NCBI GenBank assembly: GCA_965649265.1
Contig: CBFGKC010000006.1
Location: 114,975-178,974, forward strand
Direction of reading: 5' to 3'
DNA from: a candidate division WOR-3 bacterium
Lineage (GTDB): Bacteria; Hydrothermota; Tepidihabitantia; B3-TA06
Length of the DNA stretch: 64,000 nt
A program made the translations under genes and the position numbers. Under the pieces are notes generated by a model, which made no database searches, had not been told where the DNA came from, and saw only the letters and a program-made list of their open reading frames with translations. Below are positions 17,930 through 25,017 of this stretch, in pieces (position 1 is the stretch's first letter; each line of letters opens with the position of its first letter).

Positions 17930-18469
17930 CTATTCGGTTATCTCGATATCTGAGCTGTCTTCGATTACCTTGTTCTTGCTTGTAGATATTCTGACATGGA
18001 CTTTTGCGTTTGCGGTATCGATACCCCTGATGCTTAACTTCGCCGAGATTTCCTCGTATGAACCGTCAAAAGCACTATCCGCAGCCAGCATCTCCACCGT
18101 GTCGGAATTTGCACCTTTCCCGGTAATGAAACACTGTGCCGATTTTACATAATTGTCCTTGGAGCCTGGGATTATATTGGCTCTGGCTTTGACCATAACC
18201 GAGTCGGCTCCAGCCGTAGGATCAGGCAAAACCTCGATATTATGAATGGGGGGAGGTACAGGCTCGTAGCACGTGACCGGGCAGCAGGCGGTCGAGCCGG
18301 CCGCTCCGGAAAGACCTAATCCTGAAACGAGTGCACTCAGGAATGAAAGCTTCATCCACCTTGCAAGCTTGGGTAGTACCCTGCGTTCCTCGCATCTTGA
18401 GTAGAAGTCAAAAAGCGCAAAACCGGCTTTCCTGAGAATCTCGAAAACAATGTGTCTTGCCTGAGCCAT
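17930..18469 (-). CDS. Array paralog P4
   Basis: The track ORF extends to 18547. ATG 18469 (MAQARHIVFEILRKAGFALFDFYSRCEERRVLP) aligns with the other N-termini and removes the overlap with P5. VTCYEP. LPDPTAGADSVMVKA. Confidence 0.8.
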   Translation of the reverse strand: MAQARHIVFEILRKAGFALFDFYSRCEERRVLPKLARWMKLSFLSALVSGLGLSGAAGSTACCPVTCYEPVPPPIHNIEVLPDPTAGADSVMVKARANIIPGSKDNYVKSAQCFITGKGANSDTVEMLAADSAFDGSYEEISAKLSIRGIDTANAKVHVRISTSKNKVIEDSSDIEITE

Positions 18470-18476
18470 GATACTG

Positions 18477-19016
18477 CTATTCTGATTCCGTGATGTACAA
18501 ATCCACTGTCGTGTAATCTCGCTCCCCTTTATTGGAGGTGGCCTCAATGTTTACACTGCAGGTATCGCCTGCGGCAAGATTGCCTACGTATAATCGAGCT
18601 TCTACGTCTTTCATTCCGTATGGATCGGTTTTCGTGACAATCATCGTTATGGTGTCGTCATTAAGAACACATATCACCTTATCCACATAATCTTCTTCTA
18701 TGCTTACTCCATTGGGGACATTTGCGCTCGCTTCAACGGTTACTGAATCTGAGCCTGACGTCGGATTAGGGGTTATTGAGCAGGTTGCGATTTGAGGTTT
18801 CGGGTACTCCATCGGTGCGTAACACGTTATGCAGTTGAGCATGCTGGCCGCACTCAATGCGGTAATTCCTGTCACGAAGGCTCCGAGGAAGGTCGTTTTT
18901 ACCCACCTGGAAGCCCTTGGCAGTATCCCGCAATCCTCACAGTGGGAGAAGAAGTTGAAGAGTGATGTTCCCATTCTCCTCAAGGTTTCAAAGAAGAGGT
19001 AGCGGCTACTGGCCAT
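18477..19016 (-). CDS. Array paralog P5
   Basis: GGAGG RBS. MASSRYLFFETLRRMGTSLFNFFSHCEDCGILPRASRWVKTTFLGAFVTGITALSAASM. ITCYAP. TPNPTSGSDSVTVEA. Confidence 0.85.
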   Translation of the reverse strand: MASSRYLFFETLRRMGTSLFNFFSHCEDCGILPRASRWVKTTFLGAFVTGITALSAASMLNCITCYAPMEYPKPQIATCSITPNPTSGSDSVTVEASANVPNGVSIEEDYVDKVICVLNDDTITMIVTKTDPYGMKDVEARLYVGNLAAGDTCSVNIEATSNKGERDYTTVDLYITESE

Positions 19017-19031
19017 TGTGCCTCCGGTGAT

Positions 19032-19547
19032 TTATTCAGTTATCTCGAGGTCGATTGTTGTATCCGCTCGCTGGTCTTCATTGTCGTATTCTGTGATTTG
19101 TATGGTTACTGTATCGGGCTCGAGGTCTCCTATATACAACTTCGCGTTCACGGCATATTCATTCGTGTAGTCTCCAGGCTCTATCTTCATGACGGTGGTG
19201 TCATTCTCGAGGATACATATCACCTTTTTCAATTCAATCCCGTTATCGGCAATTGCCTTGGCGGAAACGCTAACAGTGTCGGCCCCTGCCGTAGGATTTG
19301 GTGCCACGGAGGCGTTTTCGATTCGAGGTGATTCAATTGGCAAGTAGCAGCCGGTGGGGATACAGTTGATCATGCTGGCCGCGCTCAACGCGGTAATTCC
19401 TGTCACGAAGGCTCCGAGGAAGGTCGTTTTTACCCACCTGGAAGCCCTTGGCAGTACCCCGCATTCCTCACAGCGAGAGAAGAAGTTAAAGAGTGAGGTG
19501 CCTATCCTCCTCAAGGATTCAAAGAAAAAAAACTTTGTTCTAGCCAT
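19032..19547 (-). CDS. Array paralog P6
   Basis: ATG 19547 after AAAGGAGG (track ORF extends to 19580). MARTKFFFFESLRRIGTSLFNFFSRCEECGVLPRASRWVKTTFLGAFVTGITALSAASM. TGCYLP. APNPTAGADTVSVSA. Confidence 0.85.
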   Translation of the reverse strand: MARTKFFFFESLRRIGTSLFNFFSRCEECGVLPRASRWVKTTFLGAFVTGITALSAASMINCIPTGCYLPIESPRIENASVAPNPTAGADTVSVSAKAIADNGIELKKVICILENDTTVMKIEPGDYTNEYAVNAKLYIGDLEPDTVTIQITEYDNEDQRADTTIDLEITE

Positions 19548-19569
19548 GGTTCCTCCTTTCACTGTATTA

Positions 19570-19597
19570 AATATAATCAACTTGCTCGGATTGTCAA
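19570..19597 (-). promoter_or_regulatory. Internal sigma70-type promoter TTGACA-N16-TATATT inside the array (upstream of P6)
   Basis: TTGACA 19597-19592, TATATT 19575-19570, in the 82-nt P7-P6 gap. Confidence 0.45.
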
Positions 19598-19629
19598 TCC
19601 ATGAAAATCACCTGAAATCCTGGCAGGTG

Positions 19630-20157
19630 TTATTTATCAGTAACGCGGAGAACGGTCGAGCCTATGCCCCAGCCTGAGGTTTTTGAATCGACTTTTACAA
19701 AGACCTGAGTGCTGTCCGTTTTGATTTTCTTCACGTATATGCGCCCGATGAGTTCCTCATTATTCTCGTCGAATGCGCCGTCCCTCGCTATCATCCGGAT
19801 GGTGTCTCCATCGACTATGCACTGGGCTGAGGCTATTATTTCGAGATCGCTTGCGTTTTCAAGTCTGGCTTTGGCGGTAACGGTCACCGAGTCGGCGCCT
19901 TTCGTCGGGTTAGGCTTGACTACTATCTCCGAAACCCTGGGATATACGGCCACAGGTTCGTAGCAGGTCACGAGCCCCTGATCCAGCGGAGGTTTTTTGG
20001 CGCATGCCGCAATGATGGTCAGCCACGCTCCAGCAAGCGCGAGCTTGAGCCAGCGTGATATCCTTGGCAGAGCGCTTCGTTCCTCACACCCGGTCAGAAT
20101 GGAGAACAGTGCCGAGCCTGTTCTCCTCAAAAACCTTGACAGTAACTCTCGCTTCAT
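19630..20157 (-). CDS. Array paralog P7, lipobox variant
   Basis: MKRELLSRFLRRTGSALFSILTGCEERSALPRISRWLKL. Lipobox-like IAAC. VTCYEP. KPNPTKGADSVTVTA. ATGA overlap with the P8 stop. Confidence 0.8.
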   Translation of the reverse strand: MKRELLSRFLRRTGSALFSILTGCEERSALPRISRWLKLALAGAWLTIIAACAKKPPLDQGLVTCYEPVAVYPRVSEIVVKPNPTKGADSVTVTAKARLENASDLEIIASAQCIVDGDTIRMIARDGAFDENNEELIGRIYVKKIKTDSTQVFVKVDSKTSGWGIGSTVLRVTDK

Positions 20158-20726
20158 AACGAGTCCTTTTCAGTGATAAATAGCGGTAATGAAACCAGTG
20201 CTTCTTCACCCTTGGAAGTGGCCGCGTGCACGTAGACGAAGGTGGTCCCGGGTTTAAGACCCGCGACGCTGATGCGTGCCTCAATCATCTCGACGGTATC
20301 CGAGAAGCGGCCGTCCACAGGGTACATCCGGATTTTCCTTGACGTATCAATGGCCATTACGAGCCAAGCATCCGACACGTAATTGTTCTCAAGGCCAGGT
20401 TCCAGCACCCTTGCGGTGCCCGTTATCTTGACAGTGTGCACGCCCCTTGTCGGGTTCGGGCTTGCCTGAACTACTGAGATTTCGGGATCCATCCTTCTCA
20501 TCATGTAACATGTGTGGACAGGACCGTCGCCGTCTCCTCCTGGTCCGGGTCTTGCCTTTTTCCCGCACGAGGCTATCAGGGCGACAACGAGCCCGAGTAG
20601 CGAAACCTTCAAAAAGCGCGCGGTCTTTGAAAATATTGGAGTATCCTGGCATCTCGATAGCGCATTAAACACCAGATTACCTGCATTTCTGAGAACTGCA
20701 ATCAAGCTCTTTCTCATCTTTGCCAT
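20154..20726 (-). CDS. Array paralog P8, lipobox variant
   Basis: MAKMRKSLIAVLRNAGNLVFNALSRCQD. Lipobox-like IASC, then Gly/Pro/Asp linker. HTCYM. SPNPTRGVHTVKITG. DGRFSDTVE. Confidence 0.8.
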   Translation of the reverse strand: MAKMRKSLIAVLRNAGNLVFNALSRCQDTPIFSKTARFLKVSLLGLVVALIASCGKKARPGPGGDGDGPVHTCYMMRRMDPEISVVQASPNPTRGVHTVKITGTARVLEPGLENNYVSDAWLVMAIDTSRKIRMYPVDGRFSDTVEMIEARISVAGLKPGTTFVYVHAATSKGEEALVSLPLFITEKDSL

Positions 20727-20745
20727 TCTGCCTCTCCTATCTCGT

Positions 20746-21288
20746 TTAATCTGGTTCAGTAATCACCAGTTCTAAAGATTCAATTTCAATTTGACCGGAA
20801 GAATTTTCTACCTCTAAGTATATCCATGTCGTTTCCGGCTCAAGGTCTCCAACGTAAAGTCGGCCGACTATTCTCTCCGAAGCGGCGTCGAATTTCCCGT
20901 CAATCGCCCGCATGGGGTAATATATTGTATCTCCATCCATTCTCATGCGGGCTGAGCTTATCGTGCTTTCGCCGCTGTAGTGATCGCTAATCTTTGCCGT
21001 GGCCTTGACGGTTACCGAATCGGCGCCCCTTGTAGGGTTAGGCCTTACGGAAAGTTTGGATAGTTCTATGAGGGGAGGGGGGGCGGGCTTGTAGCACATT
21101 ATGACGTCTTCCTTTGCTTCGAGCGAGAGAGCGCTCACGAGTGCCACGAAAAATCCGAGGAATGTGAGCTTCAACCATCTTGCCGCCCCGGGGAGGATGC
21201 GGCGTTCCTCGAATCCGGAAAACGTTCCGAAAAGCCTTCCGCCAATCCTTGCAAAAAAGTCTGCCAGGCGTTTTCTGAGTTCAGGCAT
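20746..21288 (-). CDS. Array paralog P9
   Basis: AAGGAGGA RBS embedded in the P10 tail codons. MPELRKRLADFFARIGGRLFGTFSGFEERRILPGAARWLKL. IMCYKP. RPNPTRGADSVTVKATAKI. DGKFDAASE. Confidence 0.85.
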   Translation of the reverse strand: MPELRKRLADFFARIGGRLFGTFSGFEERRILPGAARWLKLTFLGFFVALVSALSLEAKEDVIMCYKPAPPPLIELSKLSVRPNPTRGADSVTVKATAKISDHYSGESTISSARMRMDGDTIYYPMRAIDGKFDAASERIVGRLYVGDLEPETTWIYLEVENSSGQIEIESLELVITEPD

Positions 21289-21289
21289 A

Positions 21290-21859
21290 TCAATCCTCCT
21301 TATTCTCGTTGCTGTCCGCTTCCGGTGCGGTGATGATTAATTGCCTCCAGGTGCTTTCCGCGTTGCCTGAGTTTGTCCTCACCACTATGTAAATCCAGGT
21401 GGTCTCCGGCTTGTGATCCCCGACGTAGAGACGGCCTTCGACTGTTTCAAGGGTATCGCCGAACTTACCGTCAACCGCTTTCATCGGATATAAAAGGGTA
21501 TCTCCGGTAAGCTGCATAATTGCTTCGGAAACAGCGGTGTCACCTGAGCAATAATATGCAGATTCCAATTTTGCGGTTGCCTTGACTGTAACGGTGTCTT
21601 TTCCTGCAGTGGGGTTCGGTGTTGCCGAGACATCGAAGATACTTAAGTGAGGTTCCTCAATAGGCACGTAGCACATGATGATATCGTCGTCCGCCTTGAG
21701 CGCTGGCGCGCCCAGCAGGGTTACCAGCAATCCCAGAACCGAAAGCTTTAGCCATCTTGCCGGTCTGCGTAGGATACCGCGTTCCTCCAATCCGGACAGT
21801 ATCCCGAATAAGGAGCCGCCTATCCGTGAAGAGATGCGGGCCAGTAAGCCTTTTGTCAT
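21290..21859 (-). CDS. Array paralog P10
   Basis: The ATG directly follows the P11 stop (TAGATG). MTKGLLARISSRIGGSLFGILSGLEERGILRRPARWLKL. IMCYVP. TPNPTAGKDTVTVKATAKL. DGKFGDTLE. Tail EADSNENKED. Confidence 0.85.
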   Translation of the reverse strand: MTKGLLARISSRIGGSLFGILSGLEERGILRRPARWLKLSVLGLLVTLLGAPALKADDDIIMCYVPIEEPHLSIFDVSATPNPTAGKDTVTVKATAKLESAYYCSGDTAVSEAIMQLTGDTLLYPMKAVDGKFGDTLETVEGRLYVGDHKPETTWIYIVVRTNSGNAESTWRQLIITAPEADSNENKED

Positions 21860-22435
21860 CTACTCCTCCCTGGCAGCGCTCGAATCAGCTGCGAGCGAAT
21901 CAATCCTTGTTACGGTGTAGGACTGCCAAAGAATCTCTTCATCTTCTCTGGAACTCGTCACGTCTATAAAGAACCAGTGGGTGCCGGTATCCAGGTCGCC
22001 TGTGTAAAACATGGCCTCAAGAACCTCAAGAGTGTCGTTAAGCTTGCCGTCCACGGCCTTCATGGGAATCCTCAGGGTGTCACGCTGCCTGGAAAGCCAG
22101 GCGTTTCGGATGTAATTGTTCTCAAGGGTCGGGTCCAGAACTTTTGCAGTTACCTTTACTTTTACCGAGTCCGCTCCTCGAGTCGGATTTGGTGTGATGG
22201 ACACATCCGAAATCTTTACCTCCGGCATCCTCATGGCTACGTAACAGGTCTTAATTGTTTCTACCTCGGCGGAAAGTGCTCCGATGGCTGCGGTAAGAAA
22301 TCCAAGCAGTGAGAGCTTTAACCAGCGCGAAGCGCTGGGCACAATCCCGCGCTCTTCGAATCGCGACAGGAGTGAAAAGAGACCTCCTCCCAGCACTTCA
22401 AGAATCCTTACGACGAACCCTTTCGTTCTCGCCAC
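21860..22435 (-). CDS. Array paralog P11
   Basis: The track ORF extends to 22654. GTG 22435 (AAAGGTGGAG RBS, 1 nt after the P12 stop) gives MARTKGFVVRILEVLGGGLFSLLSRFEERGIVPSASRWLKL, matching the family. KTCYV. TPNPTRGADSVKVKV. Confidence 0.75.
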   Translation of the reverse strand: MARTKGFVVRILEVLGGGLFSLLSRFEERGIVPSASRWLKLSLLGFLTAAIGALSAEVETIKTCYVAMRMPEVKISDVSITPNPTRGADSVKVKVTAKVLDPTLENNYIRNAWLSRQRDTLRIPMKAVDGKLNDTLEVLEAMFYTGDLDTGTHWFFIDVTSSREDEEILWQSYTVTRIDSLAADSSAAREE

Positions 22436-22436
22436 G

Positions 22437-23009
22437 TCACTCCACCTTTGTCGAATCAGTCCTGATAGAATCAGGCTCCGAGACTTCAAAATAAAACCAG
22501 CTCGCTTCCAGTGCATCCTGGGATGTCTGGACGAGCATTGAGATCGAGTACTGGCCCGGTTCAAGATTTCCAACGTAAACCGTACCCTCGAGCACCTCGA
22601 GCGTGTCGTCCATCTTGCCGTCAAGTGCTTTGACCTTGAACCTCGTCGTATCACCGTCCCAGGAGAGCCAGGCGTCCTTTATGAAGTTATCCTTGATATT
22701 CGAGTACATCACCTTGGCCTGGGCCTTCACTTTCACCGAATCCGCTCCCTTCGTGGTATCAGGGGTTACGGACTTCTCTGTTATGATGACGTCGGGAATC
22801 CTCGCGACGATGTAGCAGGTGACTTCCGGATCCCTGGCTTGAAGTGAGAGTGTCGCGACTAGCGAGGCTATGATTCCCAGGGTCGAGATCTTTATCCATC
22901 TCGCGGCACGCGGCATGACGCCTTTTTCTTCTATCATTGTCAGAAAATGGAAAATTGCATCTCCCAGTTTCCCTAACAGCCTGGATAAGAGGTTGCGTGT
23001 CTTGGCCAT
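22437..23009 (-). CDS. Array paralog P12 (first gene of the operon)
   Basis: ATG 23009 after AAAGGAG (track ORF extends to 23087). MAKTRNLLSRLLGKLGDAIFHFLTMIEEKGVMPRAARWIKI. VTCYI. TPDTTKGADSVKVKA. DGKMDDTLE. Confidence 0.8.
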   Translation of the reverse strand: MAKTRNLLSRLLGKLGDAIFHFLTMIEEKGVMPRAARWIKISTLGIIASLVATLSLQARDPEVTCYIVARIPDVIITEKSVTPDTTKGADSVKVKAQAKVMYSNIKDNFIKDAWLSWDGDTTRFKVKALDGKMDDTLEVLEGTVYVGNLEPGQYSISMLVQTSQDALEASWFYFEVSEPDSIRTDSTKVE

Positions 23010-23058
23010 CGTCGCTCCTTTAATTCTCAATACAAGAAAACATCTCAAATATTCCCCA

Positions 23059-23086
23059 CAATATAAGCCCCAAAAGACAGGTGTCA
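23059..23086 (-). promoter_or_regulatory. sigma70-type promoter TTGACA-N16-TATATT driving the paralog array
   Basis: Reverse complement reads TTGACA (23086-23081), cctgtcttttggggct, TATATT (23064-23059). About 45 nt upstream of ATG 23009. Confidence 0.55.
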
Positions 23087-23111
23087 AGCATATCTTACGG
23101 GCGGATACTCA

Positions 23112-23140
23112 TTGACAAAGATGCAGCATTTCTCTATAAT
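23112..23140 (+). promoter_or_regulatory. Perfect-consensus sigma70 promoter TTGACA-N17-TATAAT, divergent from the array promoter
   Basis: TTGACA 23112-23117, 17-nt spacer, TATAAT 23135-23140. Confidence 0.6.
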
Positions 23141-23145
23141 AAAAC

Positions 23146-23223
23146 ATGGGAAAGAACAGGGAGTTTCCAATGAAAAAAAAAAGGTTTGTGATAGTTCCGA
23201 GTCATTTTACAGGGAGAGATTGA
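23146..23223 (+). CDS. Candidate leaderless 25-aa upstream ORF (MGKNREFPMKKKRFVIVPSHFTGRD)
   Basis: ATG 5 nt after the TATAAT. Its stop TGA (23221-23223) lies 1 nt before ATG 23225 of the next gene. No homology evidence. Confidence 0.3.
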   Translation: MGKNREFPMKKKRFVIVPSHFTGRD

Positions 23224-23224
23224 G

Positions 23225-24547
23225 ATGCATCCATTTCTGGTTTTCTGTTGTTGTTTGATTTCATCTTTGACTTGGAATAGACATTATGATTTTCGGTTTA
23301 GTGACCACTGTAGCGCGCTTGTGCCGGTAGAGGACGGTTACGTGATTACGGGTAACACTATGCGGTATCTATTCGTGCAGAAGGTCGATACTCTGGGAAA
23401 TCAAGTCGGTTACAAAGAGTGGTATAAGGCCGAAGGTTATGACATAGAGAGAATGTCTGATGGTTATATTATTCTTGCGTACAAAGACGAATCTCCCAGG
23501 CACGGGATTTGGTTGGTAAGAACAGATAGCGATTTTGACACACTTTGGAGTAGAAGCTATGGATATAATAATGGAATTATGGCAAAATCTCACTCATTTG
23601 ATTTAACAGATGACAGTGGTTTAGTGATGGTCGGTGAGTGCGGCACGGGTCTTATTGTCTTTAAAACCGATAGTCTTGGTGATAGCTCCTGGGTAAAAAA
23701 ATATTTTCAGTCTGTCTCGATGCGCGCTGGGAATTTTATTGAAGAAACATCTGATCAAGGTTTTATTGTTACGGGAGTTTGTGAGGAACGTTTTTTTGCA
23801 CTGAAATTGGATGAGAATGGGGATTCCTTATGGTGTAAGAAATATTTTGAGGAAAAAACAGGTGAAGGTCTTTGTATAAGAGAAACCTCCGACAAAGGCT
23901 TTATAGTATTGGCTAGGATAAGGTATGGTAGTTCGGATTCCTTGCTTCTCATCAAGACGGATTCTTTTGGAAACGCTTTGTGGGTGAGAAAATTCAATTC
24001 GATGTCTCATTGGACTAGAACATGTTATATTGAGGTTCTGGATGATGGTTATGTTATGATTTCAGGGTCACAAGAAGGTCCATTAGTCAGGAAATTTGAC
24101 GAGTCTGGGAATGTCCTTTGGACAAAGACCTACAATCGTAATTTCGGTTATTTTTCCGGATTTGAAGGCACATGTATTCATTACACATCGGATAAAGGTT
24201 TTATTATTGGCACCGCTTTGGATATATCTCCATACGGATCAGACCTCTGGCTGGTGAAAACCGACAGCCTAGGAAACACGGTTCCTCTTGAATCCGTGAT
24301 AGAGCCAACGGAGACTGCCGTTAGCGAAGTTCATCTGAGTGTTTTGAATTCAGCTGTTGCATATTCCTTACCTGCTGGCGAGCGTTGTTTGTTGAAAATC
24401 TATGATGTTAGTGGAGTATTGAAAAAAGGAGAAATTGTTTGTGGCCGCGGAGAGATGCGACTAAAAGAATTCCCTGTAGGGGTTTATTTCGCTGAGTTAC
24501 AGTTCATGCGAAGTGCTGAAATCAAAAAGGTATTAGTTTTTCCCTAG
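23225..24547 (+). CDS. Secreted repeat protein (same ~50-aa repeat family as 2652 and 11732) with T9SS-type C-terminal domain
   Basis: Repeats such as IEETSDQGFIVTG...LKLDENGDSLW and IRETSDKGFIVLA...LLIKTDSFGNALW. C-terminus LLKIYDVSGVL...GVYFAELQFMRSAEIKKVLVFP. Confidence 0.7.
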   Translation: MHPFLVFCCCLISSLTWNRHYDFRFSDHCSALVPVEDGYVITGNTMRYLFVQKVDTLGNQVGYKEWYKAEGYDIERMSDGYIILAYKDESPRHGIWLVRTDSDFDTLWSRSYGYNNGIMAKSHSFDLTDDSGLVMVGECGTGLIVFKTDSLGDSSWVKKYFQSVSMRAGNFIEETSDQGFIVTGVCEERFFALKLDENGDSLWCKKYFEEKTGEGLCIRETSDKGFIVLARIRYGSSDSLLLIKTDSFGNALWVRKFNSMSHWTRTCYIEVLDDGYVMISGSQEGPLVRKFDESGNVLWTKTYNRNFGYFSGFEGTCIHYTSDKGFIIGTALDISPYGSDLWLVKTDSLGNTVPLESVIEPTETAVSEVHLSVLNSAVAYSLPAGERCLLKIYDVSGVLKKGEIVCGRGEMRLKEFPVGVYFAELQFMRSAEIKKVLVFP

Positions 24548-24576
24548 TCGAAAATAGTTTTCGTTGACTAACTCTT

Positions 24577-25017
24577 TTGTTCAAGTACAATCCCCGCGTG
24601 AAGCAGCTCTTATCGGACTGGCGGGTGCTTTCGGCGATCGCGATACTCGGATGGGGGACCTGGGGCATACTCTCAAAGATTGCCCTGAAACAGGTTGACT
24701 GGCGGGTCATGATGCTGATTACGTCCGTAGCCGCCCTTCCTCTGGCTTTCATACTCGGGATTCCGAATTTCGACTGGAAGTTTAACCGCTACATCCTTCT
24801 CGCTTTTTTTGCAGGAATCGGAGCCGAGGTCGCGACGCTCTCCTTCAACCGCGCGATTCAAAAGGGCGGACCCGCGAACGTCGTGGTCCCACTCACCTCA
24901 CAGTACGTGCTCGTCATAGTGCTTTTTTCGACCATTTTCCTAAAAGAGCCTATAACGTGGCAGAGAATCGTCGGCATCGTTGCCGCGCTCATAGCAATTG
25001 TGATGCTTTCGCTGTGA
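24577..25017 (+). CDS. Small DMT/EamA-like membrane transporter (single EamA-type domain)
   Basis: 146 aa with 4-5 hydrophobic helices. FFAGIGAEVATLSFNRAIQKGGPANVVVPLTSQYVLVIVLFSTIFLKEPITWQRIVG resembles an EamA domain. TTG start, or the downstream GTG. Confidence 0.55.
   Translation: MFKYNPRVKQLLSDWRVLSAIAILGWGTWGILSKIALKQVDWRVMMLITSVAALPLAFILGIPNFDWKFNRYILLAFFAGIGAEVATLSFNRAIQKGGPANVVVPLTSQYVLVIVLFSTIFLKEPITWQRIVGIVAALIAIVMLSL

Noticed and set aside
16113-23009. Paralogs as sulfatase-like formylglycine substrates of an anSME
   Set aside because: The canonical motif is C/S-x-P-x-R. The paralogs have C-Y-x-P (7 of 12) with no conserved Arg and no sulfatase domain. Only the general idea of Cys-targeted rSAM chemistry is kept.
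23173-23182. A10 run in the candidate uORF as a programmed frameshift site fusing MKKK... to the 23225 protein
   Set aside because: The frame of the 23225 gene is closed by TAG at 23192-23194 downstream of the A-run, so no single shift joins them.
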